DNA from: an uncultured Chloroflexia bacterium
GTDB taxonomy: Bacteria > Chloroflexota > Limnocylindria > Limnocylindrales > CSP1-4
DNA: 64,000 nucleotides
Direction: 5' to 3'
Assembly: GCA_963706695.1 (NCBI GenBank)
Contig: CAVPNC010000005.1
Location: 20,369 to 84,368, forward strand
Made by a program: the position numbers and the translations under genes. Below the pieces are notes generated by a model. The model saw only the letters and a program-made list of their open reading frames with translations, ran no database searches and had not been told where the DNA came from. This document shows positions 39,243-50,230 of this stretch, piece by piece (positions within the stretch are counted from its first letter, which is position 1; the number at the start of each line of letters is the position of its first letter).

Positions 39243-39925
39243 TAGCCGAAGGTGAGCAGGATCGACTCCCAGTTGATCCACAGATCCCAGATGCCGGCAC
39301 CGATGAGCAGCACGCCGGAGATGATCTCGATCTTGCGGTGGTGTCGGGCCAGGAAGCGCACCACCGTGTCCTGCCGCGCGCGAGCGAGCACCGACAGCAG
39401 CACCAGGGGCAGGCCGAAACCGAGACCGAAGACGAAGAAGGTGGCCAGGGCCCCGACCGACTCGGCCGCGCCGACCGAGACCACCAGCAGGGCCACCAGG
39501 AAGGGGCCGGCACACGGCAGCGCGATCGGGCCCAGGAACATGCCGTAGACGTAGGCCTGCGACAGCGGCCCGCGGGCGCCCGGGACGCGGATCGAGCGGA
39601 CACGCATGAAGGGGTTGATCCCCGCCAGCAGCATCAGGCCGAGAGCGATGAGCAGGAGGTCGATGAAGGGGATGGCGAAGCCCAGGATGCGGCCCATGGG
39701 TACCGCCACGAGGAACACGACGAACCCGATGAGCATCATCGAGGTCAACAGCCCCAGCAGCACGGCCAGGCCCAGGAAGCCCGACACGCGACGGGCGCCA
39801 CCGCTCGCTGGGTCGGCACCGGTCGCACCGGTGAGGTACGCCAGGAACGCCGGGTAGAGCGGGAGGAGACAGGGGCTGGCGGCTGAGGCCAGACCGGCGC
39901 CGAACGCCACCACGAGTGCTTCCAT
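39239..39925 (-). CDS. ccdA: cytochrome c biogenesis / thiol-disulfide transfer protein CcdA (DsbD family)
   Basis: Six-TM protein with an N-terminal SPCLLPLYPAFLAY motif and a second PC motif (ALPCAGPF). Confidence 0.85.
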   Translation of the reverse strand: MEALVVAFGAGLASAASPCLLPLYPAFLAYLTGATGADPASGGARRVSGFLGLAVLLGLLTSMMLIGFVVFLVAVPMGRILGFAIPFIDLLLIALGLMLLAGINPFMRVRSIRVPGARGPLSQAYVYGMFLGPIALPCAGPFLVALLVVSVGAAESVGALATFFVFGLGFGLPLVLLSVLARARQDTVVRFLARHHRKIEIISGVLLIGAGIWDLWINWESILLTFGY

Positions 39926-40007
39926 GCGCTCGCAGCCTAGGGAGTCGTCGGTGACGAGAGCGTGACGCGGCGTACACTCCGGGACCGCTTCGTGACGATC
40001 GCGTGAC

Positions 40008-41738
40008 CTACCAGTCGAGCCAGGCCGAGGAGGCCTGCTTCATCTCCAGCAGCAGCTTGCGGCCCTCACCCTTGGCGGGATCGAGGAAGTTGGGTTGTGA
40101 GGTGTCGTGGATGATGTAGGGCCGCAGACGGAGCTCGATGAGGCGATCCCCGTGGAAGGTGGCCTCGAGCAGGGCTGACTCCATGGTGTTGGTGGACCAA
40201 TGCTGGTCGAAGATGAGGTTGCCCAGCGAGTAGAGCACCGGCGCACCGTCGATCTCCTCGATCGAGCCGGCCACGTGGCTGTGGGCGCCGAGCACGAGGT
40301 CCGCGCCGGCCTCGACCCAGCGCGCGGCGTGCCTGCGCATCGACTCGAGTGGCTGGCGTGTGTACTCCACGCCCCAGTGGGGGAAGACGATGATGACGTC
40401 GGCACCGGCACGCCTGGCCTTGCGGATGTCCTTCTTGATGTACTGGTCGACGCAGGGCGTGGCCCCGGCCTTGTCATCGCTCGCCCAGTAGACCTTCACG
40501 ATGTCCAGGCAGGGGATGATGGCGACCGACGTGCCCCTGGCCTCGAGCAGCTGCAGCTTGCGCGCCTGGTCGAGGTCCTTGCCCGCTCCACCCACGACCA
40601 GCCCGTGCTCGCGCAGGATGCGCCGCGAGTCGGCGATGCCGCCGGCACCGTAGTCACCGATGTGGTTGTTGGCCAGGGAGACGAAGTCGATACCGGCCCG
40701 CGTGAAGATGCGCGTGAGGTCGGGTTTGCCGCTGAAGCGCAGGCCGCTCCGGTGGTGGGCCCAGTCCTCGGTCACGGGCTGCTCGTGGTTGACCACGGCC
40801 AGCTCGGCGCCCTTGAAGAGCCTGCGCACCGCGCCCTTGTTGCCGGTGAGCCGGTAGCGCGGGACGATGTTGTCGTTGAAGACCGGGTCACAGCAACCAT
40901 GCCCGGTGACCGTCGCCGTCCCGCCGTCGAAGGGGTAGTCCACACCCTTGCCTTCACGCACGACGCGTTCGTACACGCCGCGGTCGGTGAAGGAATCGCC
41001 GCCGGCCACCAGCACCCACGTGCGCGATTGGTCCCAGGCCTCGGCGGGTGCGAGCTCCATGGTCACGCTGAGGGGCCAGTCGCTCGCGTCGCTGATGCGC
41101 TCGTTCCCGTGAAGCGAGCGGCCGTCGATGTCGAGGGCGCGGAGGGACGGACCGAGGCTGGTCGCGGCCACGAGCCCGAGGGCGCCGTTGCTCACGGCCC
41201 TGGTCACGCGGTCGGCGTCAAGCGGGCGCACATCCGCGTGGATGTCGATGCCGAGCTCGGCCTCCAGCCCCTCGACGAGGGAGCGCTCGACCACCACGCG
41301 GCGGTAGCCCTTGAGCTCTCCCTGCGTCAGCGCGCGGCGGATGGTCCCGCGCTTGAGGCCGTCATCCTTCGACCAGAACCCGGTCACGGGCACGACCGGC
41401 ATGAGTGACTCGGTGGCCTCCACGGTGACGCTCTCGATGAGCCCCGGTGACGCCTCCGGATCGGGCGAGGGCGTGCTCTCGGCCAAGGGCGCCGGCGAGG
41501 TCTCGGCCAGGGCCAGCAGGAACCGACGTTCGGACGCCTCGGCCGCTGGCGAGGGCGTGGGCAAGAGGTCGATCACGGCGGGCAGGGAGGGCGCCGGCGG
41601 CTCGGTCCGCTCCGGGTCGGCATCGATGACCGCGAGGGCGAAGCCCAGCATGCTCAAGGCGAACGCGCCGACCAGCAGCAGCACCAGGATCTTCGACCTG
41701 CGCTCGGCGCGTGGCGCCTGTTCCGGAAGATGGGTCAT
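40008..41738 (-). CDS. CapA-family (PGA_cap metallophosphatase-like) protein with an N-terminal anchor and linker
   Basis: TM anchor, then a Pro/Ser-rich linker, then CapA-like motifs (AGGDSF, VNHEQP, LANNHIGDYG, FPHWGVEY, GAHSHV, SLGNLIFDQ). Confidence 0.8.
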   Translation of the reverse strand: MTHLPEQAPRAERRSKILVLLLVGAFALSMLGFALAVIDADPERTEPPAPSLPAVIDLLPTPSPAAEASERRFLLALAETSPAPLAESTPSPDPEASPGLIESVTVEATESLMPVVPVTGFWSKDDGLKRGTIRRALTQGELKGYRRVVVERSLVEGLEAELGIDIHADVRPLDADRVTRAVSNGALGLVAATSLGPSLRALDIDGRSLHGNERISDASDWPLSVTMELAPAEAWDQSRTWVLVAGGDSFTDRGVYERVVREGKGVDYPFDGGTATVTGHGCCDPVFNDNIVPRYRLTGNKGAVRRLFKGAELAVVNHEQPVTEDWAHHRSGLRFSGKPDLTRIFTRAGIDFVSLANNHIGDYGAGGIADSRRILREHGLVVGGAGKDLDQARKLQLLEARGTSVAIIPCLDIVKVYWASDDKAGATPCVDQYIKKDIRKARRAGADVIIVFPHWGVEYTRQPLESMRRHAARWVEAGADLVLGAHSHVAGSIEEIDGAPVLYSLGNLIFDQHWSTNTMESALLEATFHGDRLIELRLRPYIIHDTSQPNFLDPAKGEGRKLLLEMKQASSAWLDW

Positions 41739-41802
41739 CTGGCTCGTCGTCTCCCGTGTCGGCGGGCACAGCGGCCTGGCGCAACAGGTCGGAAGTAGGG
41801 AC

Positions 41803-41879
41803 TGGCGGACCCGACCGGATTCGAACCGGCGATCTCCAGCGTGACAGGCTGGCGTGTTAGGCCACTACACTACGGGTCC
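41803..41879 (-). tRNA. tRNA-Asp (GTC)
   Basis: GGACCCGTAGTGTAGTGGCCTAACACGCCAGCCTGTCACGCTGGAGATCGCCGGTTCGAATCCGGTCGGGTCCGCCA. Cloverleaf foldable by hand, anticodon loop CU-GUC-AC, encoded CCA. Confidence 0.9.
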
Positions 41880-41951
41880 CCCGCGGAACGGAAATGTAGC
41901 AGAGACGGACCGAAGACGTCGGGCGCGCCGCGGGGATATCCTCGCTTGGAC

Positions 41952-43046
41952 ATGCCCGATCACATCGATCTCCGTTCCGACACCGTCACCAAGCCCAGCC
42001 CGGCCATGCGCAGGGCCATGGCCGCAGCCGAGGTCGGTGACGATGTCTTGGGCGACGACCCGACCGTCATCGCCCTGCAGGAGCGCGCTGCCGAGCTGAC
42101 GGGCAAGCAGGCCGCCCTCTTCGTCGCGAGCGGCACCATGGGCAACCTCGTCTCGCATCTGGCGCACGTGTCGCGGGGCGGCGAGATCATCGCTGACGCC
42201 GGCGCCCACCTGGTGCAGATGGAGGCCGGTGGCTACGCCGTCGTCACCGGCGCCACGGTCCGAACGATGACCGCCGGAGCCGACGGCACCTGGGACCTCG
42301 GTGAGCTCAGGGCCGCCTTTCGCCCCGACGACCACCACCAGCCCCCGACCGCGCTGGTGACCATCGAGAACACCCACTCACCGACCATGGGCCGGCCCTT
42401 GAGCGCCGACTACACCACGCAGGTGGCCGCCATCGCCCACGAGCAGGAGGTGCCGCTGCACGTCGATGGCGCCCGCCTGTGGAACGCGGTCGTGGCCCAG
42501 GACACGACCGCGGTGGCGCTGCTGGCCGACGCCGACAGCGCCACCTTCTGTCTCTCCAAGGGGCTCGGCTGCCCCGTGGGCTCGATGGTCGTGGGCGAGG
42601 CGGACTTCATCGACCGAGCGCACCGGGGCCGCAAGCTCGTCGGCGGCGCCATGCGCCAGGCCGGCATCGTGGCGGCGGCCGGGCTGGTGGCCCTGGGAGA
42701 CGGACCTGACGGCATGGTCGAGCGCCTCGCGGAGGACCACGCCAACGCCCGCGTCCTGGCTGAAGGGCTGGCCGGGATGGACGGCATCGTCGGGCTCGAC
42801 CCCGCAGCCATCACCACCAACTACATCGTCTTCGGCCTGCGGCCGCGGCCCGGCCAGGACCTGCTCGAGGCGCGCGACGCCTTCATGGCCGAGACCGCTG
42901 CCCGCGGGCTGAGCTACATCGGCTACCCCGGTGGGCGCGTGCGCGCCCTGACCCACTACGGCATCGAGCGCACTGACATCGACCGGGCGCTCGAGATCTC
43001 TCGCGAGGCGCTGACCGCAGCCGGCCTCTCGGCCGTCGTCGTCTAG
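41952..43046 (+). CDS. ltaE: low-specificity L-threonine aldolase
   Basis: ATG 41952. IDLRSDTVTKPS, GDDVLGDDPT and FCLSKGLGCPVGS (PLP Lys) motifs. The upstream part of the ORF overlaps the tRNA. Confidence 0.85.
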   Translation: MPDHIDLRSDTVTKPSPAMRRAMAAAEVGDDVLGDDPTVIALQERAAELTGKQAALFVASGTMGNLVSHLAHVSRGGEIIADAGAHLVQMEAGGYAVVTGATVRTMTAGADGTWDLGELRAAFRPDDHHQPPTALVTIENTHSPTMGRPLSADYTTQVAAIAHEQEVPLHVDGARLWNAVVAQDTTAVALLADADSATFCLSKGLGCPVGSMVVGEADFIDRAHRGRKLVGGAMRQAGIVAAAGLVALGDGPDGMVERLAEDHANARVLAEGLAGMDGIVGLDPAAITTNYIVFGLRPRPGQDLLEARDAFMAETAARGLSYIGYPGGRVRALTHYGIERTDIDRALEISREALTAAGLSAVVV

Positions 43047-43061
43047 CACCGGGGAGACTTC

Positions 43062-44730
43062 ATGCAGGCCACCGCTGACGCCCTTGTCACGACCCTCATC
43101 CAGGCACGCTTCGACGACTGGATCGCGACGTGGCCGGGTCAGGCCACGCGGTTCGGCATCCATCAGCACGATGGCCGGCTGCCCGACCTCTCGCGCGCGG
43201 CCAAGCTGGCCGACATCGCCGCCGATCACGACTTCGTCCGGGCCCTCGAGGCCGTAGACGCCACGAGCCTGAGCGAGGACGTGGCCTTCGAGCGTGAGCT
43301 GGCCCTCCACGCCGCTCGCCTGCGCCTGTTCGAAGACGAGGTCGTGCGCAACTGGGAGCGGACGACCGACGCGACCGAGGCCATCGGCTCGGCCCTCTTC
43401 CTGCTGGTGGCCCGCGACTTCGCGCCGCTGGAGCAGCGGCTGGTGTCCCTGACCAGCCGCATCGAAGACATCCCCGCGGCCCTGCAGCAGGTGCGGGACC
43501 GTCTCGGCCCGGACACCGTCCGCCTGTGGCTGGAGCTGGAGGGCCTGTCCGCGGCCGAGCTGCCCGGGCTCCTGCGGGAGATCGTGGCGAGTGCCGCCCG
43601 CGTGTGGGCACAAGACAGCCGCGAGCTGCTCCGCCTGCGGCGTGCGGCTCAGGCGGCTGAGGGCGCCCTGCTCGACTACGCCACCTGGGTCGAGGCCCAG
43701 CTGGACGCTGCCGGCGAGCGCGTGGCCCTTGGTCGCGACGAGCTCGACGAGCTGGTGGGCCTGCGGGCTCTGGACGACCTCACCACCGACGACATCCTGG
43801 CCATCGGCTGGGACCAGCTGGAGGCGCAGCACGAGGCTCGTCGTGCGGCCGGCCGCGAGATCGACCCCGCAGCTCAGCGAGGCCGAGGTCGTGGCCCGCG
43901 TCAAGGCCGACGGCCCGGCCGACTTCGAAGCCGCCCTGAGCGGCTACAAGGACGCCATGTTCCGCGCCCGCGACTTCATCGAGGCGCGCGACCTGGCCAC
44001 GCTGCCGCGTGACGACATCCTGGAGGTCGTGCCCACGCCCAGGCACATGCGCAGCCTGCTGCCACTGGCGGCCTACTTCGACCCGGCGGCCTTCGATCGT
44101 CCGCCGCGGGGCACGTACGTGGTGACGCCTTCGGTGGACGATGACCCGGGCGCCATGCTCGAGCACAACTGGTCCTCGATGGTCAACACCAGCGTGCACG
44201 AGGCCTACCCCGGCCACCACCTGCAGCTGACGGCAGCCCTGGCCACGCCGACGCCAGCACGGCTGATGGTCGAGGCCCCGGAGTTCGTCGAGGGCTGGGG
44301 CATGTACTGCGAGCAGATGATGATCGAGGAAGGCTTCGAGGACAGCCCCGAGCGGCGCGTCATCGTCGCCACCGACGCCATCTGGCGCGCGGCCCGCATC
44401 ATCCTCGACATCCGCCTCCACCGCGGCGAGATCAGCGTCGAAGATGGCGTGGAGTTCCTCATCGAGCACACGGGCTTCGAGCGGCCGGTGGCCAAGGCGG
44501 AGGTCCATCGCTACACGACCGTGCCCGGCTACAACCTCTCCTACCTGCTGGGCAAGGTGATGCTGCTGCGGCTGCGTGCCGATGAGCAGGAGCGGCTGGG
44601 GACGGCCTATTCGCTCAAGCGCTACCACGACGCGCTGCTCTACTCGGGGAGCCTGCCGGTTTCGTTCCATCGCCGCTTGCTCGCGGGCGAGGGCGGTGGA
44701 CCCACGCTGCCGTCGGACGGCCACGACTGA
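43062..44730 (+). pseudogene. DUF885-family protein with one frame break (or sequencing error)
   Basis: The N-terminal 270 codons are in the frame of 43062. LSEAEVVARVKADGP...VHEAYPGHHLQ... continues in the frame of ORF 43591..44730. The break is at the CCCC run 43865-43868. Confidence 0.75.
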
Positions 44731-45431
44731 TGTACGTCCTCCCCAGCATCGACCTGCAGAAGGGCCGCTCCCGCCTGGTGTGGTGGCCCGGCGCCGCCAC
44801 CGGCAGCGGCGCGCCCACCGATCGCCCCGCAGCCGTGGCCCAGGCCTTCGTGGCCCAGGGCGCGCCGGCGGTGCACCTGGTCGATCTCGACGGCGCGGGG
44901 CAGGGCACGCCGGCCAACCTCGAAGCCATCGGCGCCATCGCCCAAGCCGTGGTCAAGCCCCTGCAGCTGGCCGGTGGCGTGGATGGGCCCGATCAGATCA
45001 GGATCGCCTTCGCGGCCGGCGCCACGCGAGTGGTCATGCCCCTATGGGCCGTGGTCGAGGACAGCGAGGTCCTGGCTGAGAGCGTGGAGGTGGCCGGTGA
45101 CTGGCTGGCGGTGGGCATGGATGCCCGGCCCGAGAGCCTGCGTGGCTACCCCTGGCGGCATCGTCCGCGACCGGAGCTGGACACGTTGGTGGGTGAGCTG
45201 CACGACGCGGGCGTGCATCGGTTCGTCTTCTCGCACGTCGGGGACGATGGCGTCGAGCTGATGGCTCGCCTGGCGCACGGGCTGGATGCGGAGGTCCTCG
45301 TCGCCGGCGGCGTGAGCTCGATCGAGGGCCTGCGGCAGCTGCGCGATGTCGGCGTCGCGGGCGTGATCCTGGGCGAGGTGCTGTTCACGGGGGCGATCGA
45401 CCTGGCCGCCGCGATCGAGGCTGTCTCATGA
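44730..45431 (+). CDS. HisA/HisF-family (beta/alpha)8-barrel protein, divergent
   Basis: N-terminal LPSIDLQKG and C-terminal VAGGVSSIEGLRQLRDVGVAGVILGEVLFTG resemble HisA/PriA. TGATG overlap with the DUF885 gene. Confidence 0.6.
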   Translation: MYVLPSIDLQKGRSRLVWWPGAATGSGAPTDRPAAVAQAFVAQGAPAVHLVDLDGAGQGTPANLEAIGAIAQAVVKPLQLAGGVDGPDQIRIAFAAGATRVVMPLWAVVEDSEVLAESVEVAGDWLAVGMDARPESLRGYPWRHRPRPELDTLVGELHDAGVHRFVFSHVGDDGVELMARLAHGLDAEVLVAGGVSSIEGLRQLRDVGVAGVILGEVLFTGAIDLAAAIEAVS

Positions 45432-45507
45432 CCGCACCGGTCCACCCAGAACCTACGTGCCAGACGAAATGTTACGGAACCTTCATCTATGCAAGGTGAA
45501 TAATCGC

Positions 45508-45537
45508 TTGAGTTCCTGGAGGCGGTGACGCTAGTAT
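45508..45537 (+). promoter_or_regulatory. sigma70-like promoter in a lower-GC intergenic patch
   Basis: TTGAGT (45508-13), 18 nt, TAGTAT (45532-37). Confidence 0.3.
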
Positions 45538-45543
45538 CACCGC

Positions 45544-45712
45544 TGTGCTGCTCGACAGCACTACTGGCCTAGACGCAAGGTCATGGGTAGGTTGGGTTAG
45601 GGTAGCCGGTGAAGCCGGCGTCATAGATGCCCTTGCGACGTGGCAGAAGACCCGGAGTTCGCTCCGGATCAGCCGGGACAGTTAAAGCGACCCCGCTTCG
45701 GCGGGGTCGCCT
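45544..45712 (+). ncRNA. candidate structured small RNA or cis-regulatory leader (family not recognised)
   Basis: A roughly 170-nt, lower-GC segment between the promoter-like element and a terminator-like hairpin. Hand-foldable hairpins: GTGCTG/CAGCAC (45545-61); CGCAAGG/CCTTGCG (45574-80 / 45631-37), which encloses GCCGG-tgaag-CCGGC; and CCGGAG-ttcg-CTCCGG (45652-67). Confidence 0.3.
45687..45710. terminator. perfect 10-bp GC-rich hairpin with a TTCG loop (terminator-like; strand ambiguous)
   Basis: gcgaccccgc-ttcg-gcggggtcgc. The plus-strand tail is ctcgattctg. The minus-strand tail is tttaactg, so it could alternatively terminate fumC. Confidence 0.4.
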
Positions 45713-45855
45713 CGATTCTGGGGACCTTCGCCGATGAGCACCACGCCCCTCCCCCTCGAGGATCTGCAAGACGTGCTCGCAGCACATGCGGACGAGGCCC
45801 AACGCGCCCGGTGGGACAGCTACCAACAGGGTCGGGCGGCCATCCTCGGCTGGCG

Positions 45856-47255
<1,400 letters not shown>

Positions 47256-47263
<8 letters not shown>

Positions 47264-47738
47264 GTACGGCATGGTAGAGCCGAAGGGCCCGAGTGACACC
47301 GAGCAGGGCAGACAGGCGCTGCTCGGACCGGCTGAGGTACGCGTCCATCTCGGAGATGGGCACCACCTGCGGGCGGTCGACCGGGTAGGTCACGCCCTCA
47401 CGCACGACGTCGGCCCGACCCGCCGCGAGGACGTTCTTGAGCCACTGGGTACGCTCGCCGTAGACGAGCCCGATGACGAAGCCGTCGTCGGTGGGGTGGA
47501 CGGTCAGCGGCGTCTCATGCACCTCGCCAGAAGTGCGGCCAGTGTGTCGCAGCAGGTCGGCGTAGGCTCCGGGCTGCCCCGCATCCTTCAGCTGCTGGGG
47601 GTTGAGGTAGCGGAGGTTGATGCGCCGGACGGTGTCCACGACCGGCGGCCACTTGGCGCGCATGCCGCCGATGAACAGGGCGACCAGGGCCACCAGGCCG
47701 ATGCCGAGTGCCGCGACGATCGAGATGATGGTTGTCAT
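47256..47738 (-). CDS. deazaflavin-dependent nitroreductase (DDN/DUF385)-like protein with an N-terminal TM anchor
   Basis: ATG 47738. TM helix followed by [17 protein letters not shown]...[14 protein letters not shown], which resembles the DDN family core. Confidence 0.55.
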
Positions 47739-47806
47739 GCCACGACGATACCCGCACCAGAGGGCAGGCCGCGAATGCAGCGGCCTGTGGTCTAATTGGG
47801 ACTCGC

Positions 47807-47882
47807 GCGCCCGTAGCTCAGTGGATAGAGCGTCTGCCTCCGGAGCAGAAGGCCGTGGGTTCGAATCCCGCCGGGCGCGCCA
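47807..47882 (+). tRNA. tRNA-Arg (CCG)
   Basis: GCGCCCGTAGCTCAGTGGATAGAGCGTCTGCCTCCGGAGCAGAAGGCCGTGGGTTCGAATCCCGCCGGGCGCGCCA. Anticodon loop CU-CCG-GA, encoded CCA. Confidence 0.9.
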
Positions 47883-47908
47883 CTCCCTGCTCCGTGTACG
47901 GTGTTGGC

Positions 47909-48364
47909 ATGTCCCGGTTCTCACTCGTACCCGCCGCATACGTCGCGCTCGTTCGCGACGACCAGGTCCTGCTGCAGCAACGGCAGAACACCGGCTACAT
48001 GGATGGCCACTGGTCCTTCAGCGCGGCCGGCCACGTCGAGCGTGACGAGTCGGTGACCGCGGCTGCGGTGCGCGAGGCGCGGGAGGAGCTGGGGATCGAG
48101 ATCGCCGAGGTGGACCTGGAGCCGCTGTGTACCGTCCACCGCCGGCAGAACGAGCGGAACGGCGGCCAGCGCGTCGACTTCTTCTTCACGGCCTCGGCCT
48201 GGGATGGCGAGCCGGCCGTGCAGGAGCCCCAGCACAGCGGCGGCATCGTGTGGGCGCCGGTCTCCGCCATGCCGGAGCCCCTGGTGCCCGTGGATGCGCT
48301 CGCGCTCGAGATGCTTCGCACCGGGAAGCGCCGGGCCATCGTGCACCTGGGCTTCGACGACTGA
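47909..48364 (+). CDS. NUDIX hydrolase
   Basis: ATG 47909. Nudix box GHVERDESVTAAAVREAREELGI. Confidence 0.85.
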   Translation: MSRFSLVPAAYVALVRDDQVLLQQRQNTGYMDGHWSFSAAGHVERDESVTAAAVREAREELGIEIAEVDLEPLCTVHRRQNERNGGQRVDFFFTASAWDGEPAVQEPQHSGGIVWAPVSAMPEPLVPVDALALEMLRTGKRRAIVHLGFDD

Positions 48365-48447
48365 TCTACCTGGTCGGGCCAGAGGTCACCTCAGGCCGGG
48401 CCCATCGAACGTAGGGTCCGGCCCCTCCGCTGCCTAGTGTCTGCAGC

Positions 48448-49551
48448 ATGAAACGAACACTGCTCCAGTTGCCGTTGTTTGCCCTCATCGTGGCCGGCAT
48501 GGCCATGGGCATCGTCACCGGCCTGGCACGCCTGGGCATCGAGATGCCCTCCCTGGCTTCGGAGCGGGTGCTGCTGCACGGACCGATCCTCATCGCGGGC
48601 GTCTTCGGCACGCTCATCGCGCTCGAGCGGGCGGTGGCCATGAAGACGCTCATGGGCCGGACCTGGACCTTCGCCGATGCCGCGCCCGTGCTCGGCGGAG
48701 CCGGCCTCGTGGCGTTGCTCGTGAACGGGGCGACGGTGCCGGCGATCGCGCTCCTGGCGGCAGGGGCAGCCGTGCTGCTGGTCGTCAACCTCGCCTTCCT
48801 GCGCCGGGCCCCGACCCTTGACGTGCTCACGATGGTGCTGGGCGCGGGCTTCCTGCTGCTGGCCGACCTGGCCTGGCTGGCTGGCCGCCCCATCCCCTTC
48901 CTCACACCGTGGTGGATGGCCTTCCTCGTGCTGACGGTCGTGGGCGAGCGGCTGGAGCTGGCCAGGCTGCGCGCCCACGGCCGGTTCGCTCCGGCGGCGT
49001 TCGGCGTAGCGGTGGCGGCCTACATCGGCGCCCTCTTGCTGATGACGCTCGACGAGAGGCTGGGCTTGCGCCTCTCGGGCGTGGGCCTGATCGCCCTCGC
49101 CGTGTGGCTGCTGCGCTACGACATCGCCACCGTCACCATCCGTCGCTCGGGCCTGCCGCAGTACGTGGCCGCGTGCCTGCTGTCGGGCTATGCCTGGCTG
49201 GGCGTGGCCGGTGCCATCGTGCTCAGCTCGATGCCGGCCTTCGCGGGCTTCAGCTATGACGCCTACCTGCACGCGGTGCTGCTGGGTTTCGTCTTCTCGA
49301 TGGTCTTCGGCCACGCGCCGATCATCTTCCCCGCGGTCGTCGAGCGGCCGATCGCCTTCACGTCCTTCGCCTACGTTCCGCTGGTCATCCTGCACTTCTC
49401 GGTGGCGCTGCGGATCCTTGGTGATCTGGCGGGGCTCCAGATGGTGCGTCAGGCCGCCGGCGTATGGACCGGCGTCGCGATCGTGCTGTATGGCGCCTTC
49501 ATCGTCTACGGCCTGCTGCGTGGCAACCCGAGGTCGTGGGTGGCCGAGTGA
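48448..49551 (+). CDS. hypothetical polytopic membrane protein (about 10-12 TM)
   Basis: 367-aa hydrophobic ORF with conserved-looking His residues (LLHGPILIAG, LHAVLLGFVFSMVFGHAP). Family not recognised with confidence. Confidence 0.5.
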   Translation: MKRTLLQLPLFALIVAGMAMGIVTGLARLGIEMPSLASERVLLHGPILIAGVFGTLIALERAVAMKTLMGRTWTFADAAPVLGGAGLVALLVNGATVPAIALLAAGAAVLLVVNLAFLRRAPTLDVLTMVLGAGFLLLADLAWLAGRPIPFLTPWWMAFLVLTVVGERLELARLRAHGRFAPAAFGVAVAAYIGALLLMTLDERLGLRLSGVGLIALAVWLLRYDIATVTIRRSGLPQYVAACLLSGYAWLGVAGAIVLSSMPAFAGFSYDAYLHAVLLGFVFSMVFGHAPIIFPAVVERPIAFTSFAYVPLVILHFSVALRILGDLAGLQMVRQAAGVWTGVAIVLYGAFIVYGLLRGNPRSWVAE

Positions 49552-49694
49552 TGGTCTACGAGCGCCGCTCGCTGCGCGATCGACAGCCGTCGCAGGAGGC
49601 GACGTTCGGCAGACTCGTCGCCACGCGGTGCGGGTGACCAGCGTCCACGAACCGAAGCTGTGACCACGAGCAGCCCGGTCAGGACCAATGGCCC

Positions 49695-49750
49695 TTGGCG
49701 CGGGCCGGCCGTACGTTACACTAATGACGGTATGAACAGAACGTTCAGTA
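49695..49750 (+). promoter_or_regulatory. putative promoter/operator of the regulator-ABC-2 operon
   Basis: TTGGCG, 16 nt, TACACT (49695-49722), followed by the AT-rich palindrome TGAACagaacGTTCA and a second ACGT core just before ATG 49751. Confidence 0.3.
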
Positions 49751-50230
49751 ATGTCTGACAGCAACCCACCGAGGGACGCGGCCTCGATCGTCGAGTCGAT
49801 GGGCGTGTGGTTCTCATCGATCGGTGCCCAGCGCGCGACCGGCCAGGTCTTCGGCTACCTCACGACGTGTGATCCAGCCGAGCAGGCGGCCAGCGAGATC
49901 GCCAGCGGCATCGGCATGAGCCGTGCCTCGGTCAGCTCCGGCGCGCGCATGCTCATCCAGCTCGGCGCCATCGAGGAACGCCACCGGGTCGGCGATCGCA
50001 AGACCTACTACCGGCTGCGCGAAGGCTGGTGGGTGCAGGCGGCGACGACGAAGCTGGCCGGGTTCGACCGCCTGGCCGACGAGGCCAGACGTATCAGGGC
50101 CGCCGGCAGCGTGACCCGCACCGACGGCCTCGACGAGCTCATCGACTTCTCCGAGTTCTGGAGTGAGGAGATCCCCAAGTTGCGCGATCGCTGGGAGCAG
50201 CGACGCATGGCCAGGAAAGAGGACACATGA
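49751..50230 (+). CDS. GbsR/MarR-like winged-helix transcriptional regulator
   Basis: 159 aa. GQVFGYLTTCDP...ASEIASGIGMSRASVSSGARMLIQLGAIE fits a wHTH. First gene of the ABC-2 operon (4-nt overlap). Confidence 0.65.
   Translation: MSDSNPPRDAASIVESMGVWFSSIGAQRATGQVFGYLTTCDPAEQAASEIASGIGMSRASVSSGARMLIQLGAIEERHRVGDRKTYYRLREGWWVQAATTKLAGFDRLADEARRIRAAGSVTRTDGLDELIDFSEFWSEEIPKLRDRWEQRRMARKEDT

Noticed and set aside
38595-39977. 460-aa minus-strand ORF spanning sulfotransferase 2 and ccdA
   Set aside because: Arg/Pro/Gly-rich shadow frame. The same DNA is explained by a sulfotransferase (plus strand) and CcdA (minus strand, other frame), both with family motifs.
42378-43904. 508-aa minus-strand ORF antisense to ltaE and DUF885
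   Set aside because: Shadow frame with no recognisable domains.
47732-47908. ORF segments overlapping tRNA-Arg (and similarly 41841-41951 overlapping tRNA-Asp)
   Set aside because: The tRNA cloverleaves explain the sequence. The protein genes have good internal ATG starts downstream of the tRNAs.
48391-49764. 457-aa minus-strand ORF antisense to the polytopic membrane protein gene
   Set aside because: His/Arg/Gly/Asp-rich shadow frame. The plus-strand frame gives regular TM helices.
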